NCBI GenBank assembly: GCA_964441745.1 | Contig: CAYTYR010000008.1 | Span: 18,701 to 82,700 of the forward strand | Length of the DNA stretch: 64,000 nucleotides | Origin: an uncultured Clostridia bacterium | Lineage (GTDB): Bacteria; CAYTYR01; UBA6262 | Reading direction: 5' to 3' | In this document: piece by piece, positions 1 through 8,437 of the stretch | Position numbering within the stretch: the first letter of the stretch is position 1 | Layout: each line of letters begins with the position of its first letter | The notes under the pieces: model-generated | Seen by the model: the letters and a program-made list of their open reading frames with translations, nothing else | Databases searched by the model: none | What the model was told of the DNA's origin: nothing | Program-made: the position numbers and the translations under genes

Positions 1-3000
1 TGAAGTTCCGACGACAAATCTTACTACTGGTAACTACTTTATCGGCGCAGTCGTTTTGCATAATGGTTTTGAAATTGCATCCAGGAATACAGATATTGCC
101 TTGCAGTCTGACTTCAGCATGACAGCTTTTGATGATAATCAAATATTCAATGCTGGCAGTCAAGCGGCGATTAAAGTGAAAGTAAAAAATACCGGTTCGG
201 TAGAAGGCCAGGCCACAGTCAATCTGGCCAGCGGGGATATTGTGAATTCTACTCAAACCACCTGGCTCAAGAGTGGCGAAGAACAGGAGCTCACCTTTAA
301 CTTTGTACCGGCGGATGACCTGGAGGAAAAAACTTATATTGGATATATAACGGTTGATAATCAGCAGTTGGCGGTCACCTGTGCAGAACAGCAAGTTAAA
401 TTTTATGTCAACGGCTACAAGATCGGGGTCACCAGCAGCTTCGACCAGTTGGCTTACACAGAAGGGGAAACAGCCAAACTAACCCTGACCTTGACCAATG
501 AAGGTAGTTTAGAAGCAAGCGTCTTCACTAAAGTCAACTTTAACGATTACCAGGTCACTACTACTACCACGACTGTCACCAAAGGTATCCCGGTGAACTT
601 AACCTTTAATGTGCCAGTACACCATACCGGAGCAAAGCTATTCTATGGCGTCTATCACGAAAACGGCCGGTCCTTAAACCTGAATACTCTTTATGTGAAC
701 AAGCAGGAAGGAAGTATCTCGGCTATCGCAGACCAACAGCAGTACCAGGCTGGCGGTAATGTTACCTTGACCTTCCTGCCGCTGGAAACGGGTATACTAA
801 CCTTAGAGGCTCCTGGCTACCAGACTGAGCTTAATATCGTCACTGCCGATACCCAGACTATTACCTTTGCTTTGCCCGTAGATATAGTTACCGGAACGCA
901 TTATATCAATTACAACTTTACCCCGTCCACCGGGACAGTGCTAACTGGAAAGCTACCCATTGATGTGGTTGGCTATACGATTGTGGCTATGGAAACTATC
1001 TTGGATAAGACTACCTATTACCCTAATGAAACGATCAAGTTCAAGACCAGGATAAACTCGAATAAAGATGTATCAAATGTCCAGTTGAAGATCTGGCTGA
1101 AAAACAGTGATAAAGTGGTAGAGTGGTATGGTGGTACAGTGAATATAACTGCTGGACAAAACATGCTCTCTGCTGAAGTGCCGATGACCTTAGCTGATAA
1201 GGGAATGGGGCAATTGATATTTGGTTTGTACAAGGGGGAATTATTACTGAGTGCCGGTCAAAGAGCATTTGATATTGATATTTACGACACTGTTGCGCCA
1301 ATAACAGAGATACAAGTCAGCAGCCCGCAGTTCGTAGTCAATGGCGAAATCTATGTTACCGACCAAACAGGTATATATTTTGTCGCTACTGACTCTGGCA
1401 CAGCTCCTTCCGGGATAGATTACATGGAATACAAGATTGACGAAGGAGAATATATTGTTGTGCCTTCAACCTCAACTCTATCACTTTACCACTCTATCAC
1501 TTTGCCTCTGCTCTCAGAAGGGGAACATACAGTCAATTACCGCAGTAAAGATAAAGCCGGCAACCTGGAAGAGACCAAGCAAGCAGTATACTATCTGGAT
1601 AATACTGCCCCGGTGAGCAGTATCCAGACTCCAGCTACCAGTTACCTGCTGCCTGATGGAAGTATCTATTTTGTCTCACCTGCAACCTTTACCATTACCG
1701 CGAATGACTCAAGCTCAGGTATTGACCATATCGAGTATAGAATAGATAATAGTACCACTCCTGTAATTATTACTAATAGCTCAATTGATCTTTCGTTAAT
1801 GTTAGCCGACGGCAATCATTCTCTGCAGTACTTTGCTGTAGACAAGATAGGGAATGTGGAAGCAGAGAAGACCCTAAACTTCCTCATTGATGGCAATGCG
1901 CCAGTTAGCCAGCTAAAGGTCATTGGTTCGCAGTTCGCGGTCAGCGGTAATACCTACATTAATCAAGATGCCAAAATAGAATTGACAGCTACTGATTCCG
2001 GAGCAGGGCTGAATCATATCAATTACCGGGCTGATGCCGGAACCGCCACGATTGTTTACACTGAACCATTTAGCTATTACCAGGAAGGCCAACATACCCT
2101 ATACTATTCAGCAATTGATAAACTAGGTATTGTGGAAACAGAGAAGATCCAGGTCCTGTATTTAGATGCTACGACTCCAGAAACCAGCTTTAAGATCAGT
2201 GATGCCAACTATGAAGTGACTGAAGGGACTACCACCTATGCAAACAGCAGTATTCCTTTCCTGATTTCAGCTGTTGATCCAGTCTCTAACGGAGTCTCCT
2301 CTGGCCTGAAACACATCAAGACCAAAGTGGACGCCAATAACTACTCAACGATCCTGTCCTCTAGCTGCTATATTTCCGCTAATTCTCCGGATGGTTTGCA
2401 CACCATTGCCTACTATTCCGTAGATAACGTAGAGAATCCAGAAATAGTCAGGACCTATACTGCCATATTTGATGGTACTAAGCCTGTGATCAAATCAACC
2501 TATCCAGCCAATAATGCTAAAGTTAAAGCCAAGAGTGCCACGCCGATTACGATCACTTTCTCAGAACCGGTCCAGAGCGCTGACTGGAGCAAAGATATCA
2601 TTATCCAGAAAGGCAATGGGAAACAAGTCAAAAATTGCAGCTTCACTTATGATCCTCTGACCTTTACTGTAAGCATAAACTGTGAATTAGAGAACAACAC
2701 CAACTACCAGGTTATTTTGAAAGACACTATTTCTGACCGGGTCAGGAATTACCTGGAATCTTGCTGGTTCAGTTTCCGCACTATGATGTCAGCGGCCGAA
2801 GGCGGCAACTTTACTGATCAAGCTGCCGGCTTAACGGTGATCGTACCGCCGGATTGTCTGCCAATAGATGGCTATTTTGAGATAGCCCTGCTTAATCAGA
2901 GCAATCCGCCGAAACTACCTAAACCCTTAACCTGGTTGTTTAATGGCCAGAAAGCGTACCAGGTAATTTTCTATGATGAAAACGGGATAATTGTCCAACT

Positions 3001-3589
3001 CCCGGTGAAGAAATCATTCCAGGTTCTGCTCTCCCTGAACCAGCAATGGATCACCCTGGCTTTGGAAAGTGACCCCATGGAATACAAGAATATCAAGGTT
3101 TACCAGACCGGTAGTGTGACTGATTTCATTGCCAGTATGGCGCATCAAGCGGTCAGTGCTAACACTGCAAAGGGACAATTTGCGCCACGCTTGCTGACCG
3201 AGCAGAGTTACAATGCTGAAGCACAACAGTTGATCGTAGATCTGGATACTTTCGGTATATTCTCCCTGGCTGGCTTCAATGCTCCTGGCACATCCCTGGA
3301 TGACCTGAGCTGTTATCCTAATCCGTTCAATCCGTGCCAGCAGAATATCACTATCCAGTACTATCTGGAGAACGACTCTGAGGTAGCTGTGGCCATCTAT
3401 GACCTGTTAGGCAACCTGGTCAAGACCTGGGAAATACCCGCCGGGGAGATGTATGCCCGCAGTGGATTGAACACCTTATCCTGGGATGGCCGTAACGGAC
3501 AGGGTGATATAGTGGCCAATGGCGGCTATATTGTTTTTGTGCATAGTGATGGGCAGAAAAAGAAATTCAAAGTATTAGTGGTGAAATAA
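1..3589 (+). CDS. Large secreted multidomain surface protein (5' partial; the ORF is open to the window edge) with repeated ~100-aa Ig-like modules and a T9SS-type C-terminal sorting domain
   Basis: The reading frame is open from position 2. Modules containing 'D..SG(I/L)..I.Y..D' recur. The C-terminus 'CYPNPFNP...ITIQYYL...VAIYDLLGNLV...GGYIVFV' matches the Por-secretion-tail / FlgD-Ig-like sorting-domain signature. Confidence 0.6.
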   Translation, partial: EVPTTNLTTGNYFIGAVVLHNGFEIASRNTDIALQSDFSMTAFDDNQIFNAGSQAAIKVKVKNTGSVEGQATVNLASGDIVNSTQTTWLKSGEEQELTFNFVPADDLEEKTYIGYITVDNQQLAVTCAEQQVKFYVNGYKIGVTSSFDQLAYTEGETAKLTLTLTNEGSLEASVFTKVNFNDYQVTTTTTTVTKGIPVNLTFNVPVHHTGAKLFYGVYHENGRSLNLNTLYVNKQEGSISAIADQQQYQAGGNVTLTFLPLETGILTLEAPGYQTELNIVTADTQTITFALPVDIVTGTHYINYNFTPSTGTVLTGKLPIDVVGYTIVAMETILDKTTYYPNETIKFKTRINSNKDVSNVQLKIWLKNSDKVVEWYGGTVNITAGQNMLSAEVPMTLADKGMGQLIFGLYKGELLLSAGQRAFDIDIYDTVAPITEIQVSSPQFVVNGEIYVTDQTGIYFVATDSGTAPSGIDYMEYKIDEGEYIVVPSTSTLSLYHSITLPLLSEGEHTVNYRSKDKAGNLEETKQAVYYLDNTAPVSSIQTPATSYLLPDGSIYFVSPATFTITANDSSSGIDHIEYRIDNSTTPVIITNSSIDLSLMLADGNHSLQYFAVDKIGNVEAEKTLNFLIDGNAPVSQLKVIGSQFAVSGNTYINQDAKIELTATDSGAGLNHINYRADAGTATIVYTEPFSYYQEGQHTLYYSAIDKLGIVETEKIQVLYLDATTPETSFKISDANYEVTEGTTTYANSSIPFLISAVDPVSNGVSSGLKHIKTKVDANNYSTILSSSCYISANSPDGLHTIAYYSVDNVENPEIVRTYTAIFDGTKPVIKSTYPANNAKVKAKSATPITITFSEPVQSADWSKDIIIQKGNGKQVKNCSFTYDPLTFTVSINCELENNTNYQVILKDTISDRVRNYLESCWFSFRTMMSAAEGGNFTDQAAGLTVIVPPDCLPIDGYFEIALLNQSNPPKLPKPLTWLFNGQKAYQVIFYDENGIIVQLPVKKSFQVLLSLNQQWITLALESDPMEYKNIKVYQTGSVTDFIASMAHQAVSANTAKGQFAPRLLTEQSYNAEAQQLIVDLDTFGIFSLAGFNAPGTSLDDLSCYPNPFNPCQQNITIQYYLENDSEVAVAIYDLLGNLVKTWEIPAGEMYARSGLNTLSWDGRNGQGDIVANGGYIVFVHSDGQKKKFKVLVVK

Positions 3590-3599
3590 ATCAATGGTT

Positions 3600-3627
3600 G
3601 CGAGTCACGAGTCGCGAGTCACGGGTC
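3600..3627 (+). repeat. Tandem direct repeat of a 14-mer (GCGAGTCACGAGTC / GCGAGTCACGGGTC) just upstream of the RBS of the next gene
   Basis: Seen directly in the sequence. It ends 12 bp upstream of the ATG at 3640. Confidence 0.6.
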
Positions 3628-3639
3628 GAAGGAAAACAT

Positions 3640-4686
3640 ATGAAAAACAATAAAACAAAAATAATTCTACTGCTAACGGTTCTCTGTACGCTGACCGCTG
3701 TACGCTGTTTCTCTATGGACTTGGGTTTTGCCAAGGAAGACGGCGGACAGCCAGGAGCCTTCCTGAATTATGGAGCAGGGGCCAGGTCACTAGCTATGGG
3801 CAAGACCTTTGTTGGCATAGCTGATGATGCCAGTGCTGCCTACTGGAACCCGGCAGGATTAGCTACCTTAGAGAAACCAGAGATCACCGCCTTGTATGCC
3901 AACCTGTATGAGAAAACCGGCTATAGTTTTGCTGCCGGAGTGTATCCTTTGAGTAAGAGTGATAGAGTGGTAGAAGTACAGCAAGAGGGAACAGCAAGTG
4001 GTAAAGGGGTAGAGAAAAGCTATGGGACGATAGGATTAGCGATAGTCAACCTTAGTTCCCGCGGCTTCCAACTGCGGGATGAATACAACTATGAACTGGG
4101 AGAAGGCGGAGTTAGTGAAAGTGCGGCGATATTGTCGTATGGCACAAGACTGCAGATGGCTGATGGCGGATGGCAGATAGCAGTAGGAACAAATCTGAAA
4201 GTAGTAAACCAAAACGTAAACACCAAATCAGACACTGGCTACGGGATAGACCTGGGAGTGCTATGGAGTGGTAAAGTGGTAAGTGGTAGAGTGGTAGAGA
4301 ATCTATTTACTCCATTGACTGTTGGGTTTAGCCTACAGAATATTATTGCGCCGCAGTTGACGCTGATCGATGAAGCAGATGAATATCCATTATCAGCTAC
4401 TTTGGGCCTAAGCTACAAGTTCTTCAATGACTCTCTGTTGACGGCAGTGGACCTGAACAAGACCGCTAACCGGCAGGTAAAGGTTCACCTGGGCACTGAA
4501 TACACTCTGGCCCAGATGTTCAGTATCCGGGCAGGCCTGGATGAGACTGAGGCTACCTTTGGGATGGGAGTGAAGTGGCAGAATTACTCGCTGGATTATG
4601 CCTTTGCCTATCATGATGCCTGGAAAGGGTATGAGGACCTGGGAATATCCCATAGGTTTGGTTTGACCTTCAGGTTTGGAAAATAA
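3640..4686 (+). CDS. Outer-membrane beta-barrel of the FadL/PorV-like type; possibly a T9SS PorV/PorP-family partner of the upstream cargo
   Basis: A signal peptide 'MKNNKTKIILLLTVLCTLTAV' is followed by 'GARSLAMGKTFVGIADDASAAYWNPAGLA', a motif recalled from PorV/FadL/UPF0164-type barrels. The protein ends in alternating beta-strand-like segments with a terminal F. The internal ATG at 3640 has the RBS 'GGAAAACAT' and is preferred over the track start at 3598. Confidence 0.45.
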   Translation: MKNNKTKIILLLTVLCTLTAVRCFSMDLGFAKEDGGQPGAFLNYGAGARSLAMGKTFVGIADDASAAYWNPAGLATLEKPEITALYANLYEKTGYSFAAGVYPLSKSDRVVEVQQEGTASGKGVEKSYGTIGLAIVNLSSRGFQLRDEYNYELGEGGVSESAAILSYGTRLQMADGGWQIAVGTNLKVVNQNVNTKSDTGYGIDLGVLWSGKVVSGRVVENLFTPLTVGFSLQNIIAPQLTLIDEADEYPLSATLGLSYKFFNDSLLTAVDLNKTANRQVKVHLGTEYTLAQMFSIRAGLDETEATFGMGVKWQNYSLDYAFAYHDAWKGYEDLGISHRFGLTFRFGK

Positions 4687-4713
4687 TACTTAACTATTAA
4701 TATAAGAAATATT

Positions 4714-4746
4714 TAAGAGGCACTTGTAACCAGGTGCCTCTTTTGT
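4714..4746 (+). terminator. Rho-independent terminator
   Basis: The hairpin is aagaggcac-ttgtaacc-aggtgcctc, followed by TTTT. Confidence 0.7.
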
Positions 4747-4786
4747 TATGATAGAGCAGGAAAGCCTATCCTATAATAAATATCTG

Positions 4787-4815
4787 TTGAATTTGACATA
4801 TTTTTATGGTATACT
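4787..4815 (+). promoter_or_regulatory. Sigma70-like promoter for glmM (-35 TTGAAT, 17-bp spacer, extended -10 TGgTATACT)
   Basis: Spacing and hexamers were read directly. A short hairpin ccgcc-tca-ggcgg lies in the 5' UTR at about 4839–4851. Confidence 0.55.
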
Positions 4816-4880
4816 AAAAAAAGTTTTGAAATCCCTGTCCGCCTCAGGCGGATGTGCAATCGTAATTAACTGGAGGCCTA

Positions 4881-6230
4881 ATGGGCAAGCTATTCGGGAC
4901 AGACGGAGTAAGAGGAGTAGCCAATGTCTATCCGATGACTGCAGAGATCACCATGCAGATCGGACGGGCAGTGGCGCATTACTGCAAACATCACAAATAC
5001 AGGCACCGGATCGTCATCGGCAAGGATACCCGGCTGTCAGGTTATATGATCGAAAACGCGCTCGTAGCGGGTATTTGCTCCATGGGCGTGGACGCGTTAC
5101 TAGTTGGTCCAATGCCTACGCCGGCTATTTCTTTTTTAACTACTGACCTGAAAGCTGACGCCGGTATTGTCATTTCCGCCAGCCATAATCCGTTCCAGGA
5201 CAACGGCATCAAGATCTTCAACCGCGACGGGTATAAACTGCCGGATGACGTGGAAAACCAGATCGAAGAAATGATCTTCTCCAAGAGTATCGATGCCTTG
5301 CGGCCGACGGCCGAAGAAGTGGGTAAGGCGTTCCGTATCGATGACGCCAGGGGACGGTATATTACTTTTTTGAAAAAAACATTCCCCGTTGAATTAAATT
5401 TAGAAGATCTAAAAATAGTAATTGATTGCGGTAATGGCGCCACTTATAGAATAGCCCCCTGTATTTTTGAAGAGCTGGGAGCCAGGGTGATCGTCATGAA
5501 CAACAATCCTGACGGCAAGAATATCAATGCCAACTGCGGCGCCCTGTATCCTGAAGTCATGGCCCGCGAAGTAGTCAAAGAGAAAGCTGATATCGGACTG
5601 GCTTTTGACGGCGACGGCGACCGGTGCATAGCGGCTGATGAAAACGGCGATATTGTCAGCGGTGACCGGATGTTAGCCATCTGTACCCATACCCTGAAAA
5701 AGGACGGGAAACTAAAGAATAACGTCCTGGTCAGCACAGTGATGAGCAACCTGGGCCTAACCATGTTCTGCAAGGATGTCAACATCAGGCATGTGACAAC
5801 CAATGTCGGCGACCGTTATGTGTTGGAAGAAATGCTGAAAAAAGGGGCAGTCATCGGCGGTGAAGATTCCGGCCATATTATTTTCCTGGATTATCATAAT
5901 ACTGGTGACGGCCTGATCTCGGCTTTGCAATTACTGGCCAGCCTGAAAAAAGAGAACAAGCCATTGTCTCAAGTGGCCAAACTAATGAAGATTTATCCGC
6001 AAAAAACTATCAATGTGCAGGTCAAGTCCAAGCCCGAGCTGAGCGCTGAAGCAGAGATCATGCATACGATCAGGGAAGCGGAAAATGAGCTCAAGGACCA
6101 GGGACGAATTCTGGTGCGTTATTCCGGCACGCAGATGCTTTGCCGGGTCATGGTGGAAGCCGCTACCCAGGAAATCGCTGATAAACTGGCCAAACAAATA
6201 GCTGACGTAGTGAAAAATAAACTAAGTTAA
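4881..6230 (+). CDS. glmM: Phosphoglucosamine mutase
   Basis: The N-terminus is 'MGKLFGTDGVRG'. The active-site region 'ISASHNPFQDNGIKIF' and the 449-aa length fit GlmM. Confidence 0.9.
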   Translation: MGKLFGTDGVRGVANVYPMTAEITMQIGRAVAHYCKHHKYRHRIVIGKDTRLSGYMIENALVAGICSMGVDALLVGPMPTPAISFLTTDLKADAGIVISASHNPFQDNGIKIFNRDGYKLPDDVENQIEEMIFSKSIDALRPTAEEVGKAFRIDDARGRYITFLKKTFPVELNLEDLKIVIDCGNGATYRIAPCIFEELGARVIVMNNNPDGKNINANCGALYPEVMAREVVKEKADIGLAFDGDGDRCIAADENGDIVSGDRMLAICTHTLKKDGKLKNNVLVSTVMSNLGLTMFCKDVNIRHVTTNVGDRYVLEEMLKKGAVIGGEDSGHIIFLDYHNTGDGLISALQLLASLKKENKPLSQVAKLMKIYPQKTINVQVKSKPELSAEAEIMHTIREAENELKDQGRILVRYSGTQMLCRVMVEAATQEIADKLAKQIADVVKNKLS

Positions 6231-6251
6231 TATACTGGAACAGGAGATAAC

Positions 6252-6749
6252 GTGGCTGCAACATTTTCTTTTGATGTAGTATCACAGGTTGACTTGCAGG
6301 AAGTAGATAACGCTGTCAATCAGGCGCTCAAGGAAATTTCCCAGCGCTATGACTTTAAAAACTCCAAAGCAGGAATAGATTTTAATAAAGTTGAAAAAAC
6401 GATTACCTTAACCGCTGATGACGCTTATAAGCTCCGCGCGCTCAAGGAAATATTATCCAACCGTTTCGTCTCCCGGAAGATCTCACCGAAAGCCCTGGCC
6501 TATAAACCGGAAGAAACTGCTTTAGGCGGAACCATCAGGCAATTGGCTAATATCACCGTCGGCTTAGAAAAAGAAAAATCCAAAGAACTGGTCCAGCTGA
6601 TCAAGAAGCTTAATGTGAGAGTACAGGTCCAGATCGAAGGCGAAAAACTGCGGGTGTCCAGCGCCAAAAAAGATGAATTACAGGCAGTTATACAGTACCT
6701 GCACGGTCTTGATTTTGCCCTGCCTTTGCAATGTATCAATTACCGGTAA
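6252..6749 (+). CDS. yajQ: YajQ-family (UPF0234/DUF520) nucleotide-binding protein
   Basis: The sequence 'FDVVSQVDLQEVDNAVNQALKEISQRYDFK' matches the YajQ N-terminus. The gene has a GTG start with an AGGAG RBS and encodes 165 aa. Confidence 0.8.
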   Translation: MAATFSFDVVSQVDLQEVDNAVNQALKEISQRYDFKNSKAGIDFNKVEKTITLTADDAYKLRALKEILSNRFVSRKISPKALAYKPEETALGGTIRQLANITVGLEKEKSKELVQLIKKLNVRVQVQIEGEKLRVSSAKKDELQAVIQYLHGLDFALPLQCINYR

Positions 6750-6761
6750 AGAAAGAATTTA

Positions 6762-7742
6762 ATGTCTTTTTTTGCTTTAAAAAATAAAATTTTCTTCTTT
6801 CAGCAGTTTGCCTCGCTCACTAAGAGCGGCATTGGCATCATGCCTGCCCTGGAACTTCTCCAGCGTCAAACCAGGGGCTCGCTTTTACCGCTCATCGTCA
6901 AGGAACTCCAGGCCGCAGCCCAGCAAAACCAGCAACTTTCCGTAGTTTTCAAAAAATACGAATTATACTTTGGCAAATTCCCGGTGGCTTTGATCAGGAG
7001 CGGGGAGATCAGCGGACACCTGCCGGAAAATGCCCAAGTCATCGCGGCTCATCTCGAAGACACCTACAAAAACATCAACCGCCTGCTCATCGGAGTGGCC
7101 TATCCAGTCATTCTGCTGCATTTATTCATCCTGATCATGCCGGCCGCTGTTTATTTCACTTGCGGCCCAATAGCGTATTTAATCCAGGTCCTGATCAAAT
7201 TTCTGATTCTATACGGTATTGCGGCAGTCGTATTTTTTACGCATCTTATCTTCAAGACCACAAGCAGGACTGCCTATGACCGGGCTAAATTGCACATACC
7301 GGTGATCGGCAAGTTATTCCGTAATATGAGTATCTATAAATTCCTGCGCGGGTTTGCCGCTATGTACCAGTCTGGCCTGAACAGCGCGGAAAGCTGGCAG
7401 GTAGCGGCTGAGCTCACTGATAACGTTTACCTGGCTGAGCGGCTCAGCGGAGCCAAGCGCGTGATCGACCAGGGCCAGCCGTTGGCCCAGGCTTTCCAGG
7501 AAGCAGGTATTTTCCCTGATGAAGTAGTGACTTTGGTCCAAACGGGGGAAACCAGCGGCAATATCGACACTATGCTGGTCAAGGCAGCTGAATACCTGGA
7601 TGAAAAAAACCAGCGTACCATGCAGATCATCCTGCGGGTTTTGCCGGTGCTGGTCTACCTGATCATTGCCGGTATTATCGGCTATTCTATTATTTCCGGC
7701 TATCAGCGCTATTGGTCGGAGCTGGACCAGATCCTGAAATAG
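6762..7742 (+). CDS. Type II secretion / type IV pilus platform protein F-domain protein (GspF/PilC-like); an orphan with no other T2SS or T4P assembly genes in the window
   Basis: The C-terminal T2SSF-domain signature is 'GIFPDEVVTLVQTGETSGNIDTMLVKAAEYLDE', followed by a TM segment. The N-terminal part repeats the same pattern more weakly. Confidence 0.75.
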   Translation: MSFFALKNKIFFFQQFASLTKSGIGIMPALELLQRQTRGSLLPLIVKELQAAAQQNQQLSVVFKKYELYFGKFPVALIRSGEISGHLPENAQVIAAHLEDTYKNINRLLIGVAYPVILLHLFILIMPAAVYFTCGPIAYLIQVLIKFLILYGIAAVVFFTHLIFKTTSRTAYDRAKLHIPVIGKLFRNMSIYKFLRGFAAMYQSGLNSAESWQVAAELTDNVYLAERLSGAKRVIDQGQPLAQAFQEAGIFPDEVVTLVQTGETSGNIDTMLVKAAEYLDEKNQRTMQIILRVLPVLVYLIIAGIIGYSIISGYQRYWSELDQILK

Positions 7743-7744
7743 CT

Positions 7745-7772
7745 TGACTTTTTACTCTATAAATTATATAAA
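7745..7772 (+). promoter_or_regulatory. Sigma70-like promoter for ftn (-35 TTGACT, 16-bp spacer, -10 TATAAA)
   Basis: Read directly. Two ACTAACAAG direct repeats (7774–7782 and 7789–7797) sit at or just after the predicted transcription start site (TSS). Confidence 0.5.
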
Positions 7773-7825
7773 TACTAACAAGCACAACACTAACAAGAAC
7801 AATAATTTTCCAGCCGGAGGATTTT

Positions 7826-8320
7826 ATGATCAGCAAGAAGATGCAGGATGCCATCAACGCCCAGATCAACGCGGAGATATATTCCTCCTATTTGTACTTA
7901 TCCATGAGCGCTTTTGCTTCCAGTGCCAACTTAAAAGGATTTGCCCATTGGCTCATGGTGCAGTCCAGTGAAGAGACCAAACATGCCATGAAATTATACG
8001 ACCATCTGCTGGACCGCGGCGGTGATGTAGAACTAGCCCCGATCAAGCAACCGCCTACGCATTTCCAGAACATGCTGGATATTTTTAACCAAACCTATGA
8101 GCATGAGAAGAAAGTAACCGCGCTCATCAATAAATTGTACGAAACAGCCAATAAAGAGAATGACTACGCGGCGCAGGTCATACTGCAGTGGTTCATCAAC
8201 GAGCAAGTCGAAGAAGAAGCCAGCGCCTGCGAGATCCTGCAAAAATTGCAGCTACTGGGAAACAAAGCTACTGGTTCACTATTATCTATAGATAAAGAGC
8301 TTAAGAAAAGGGAAGGATAA
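7826..8320 (+). CDS. ftn: Non-heme ferritin
   Basis: 'INAEIYSSYLYLSMSAF...EETKHAMKLYDHL...FQNMLDIFNQTYEHEKKVT...WFINEQVEEE' is collinear with E. coli FtnA, including the ferroxidase ligand positions. Confidence 0.85.
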   Translation: MISKKMQDAINAQINAEIYSSYLYLSMSAFASSANLKGFAHWLMVQSSEETKHAMKLYDHLLDRGGDVELAPIKQPPTHFQNMLDIFNQTYEHEKKVTALINKLYETANKENDYAAQVILQWFINEQVEEEASACEILQKLQLLGNKATGSLLSIDKELKKREG

Positions 8321-8341
8321 TTCTTCCGGCAATGATCACTC

Positions 8342-8380
8342 AAACCCGCCAATAATAACTGGCGGGTTTTTTTTATTTTC
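8342..8380 (+). terminator. Rho-independent terminator
   Basis: The stem is aacccgcc ... ggcgggtt, followed by an 11-nt T-run. Confidence 0.8.
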
Positions 8381-8437
8381 CATTGACTTAAATTAGAATT
8401 TTGTGTAAAATGAAAGATTACATCTACAGGGATAAAT

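Noticed and set aside
4830-4880. glmS-type ribozyme or riboswitch ahead of the glucosamine-metabolism gene
   Set aside because: There is only a single short hairpin. The downstream gene is glmM, not glmS, and the leader is far too short for a glmS ribozyme.
4748-5146. 132-aa + strand ORF upstream of and overlapping glmM
   Set aside because: It spans the glmM promoter and 5' UTR and runs out of frame into glmM. Its translation is Arg/Ser-rich and it has no RBS.
7744-7971. 75-aa ORF overlapping the ftn promoter and start
   Set aside because: It is out of frame with ftn, which has unmistakable ferritin homology, and has no RBS.
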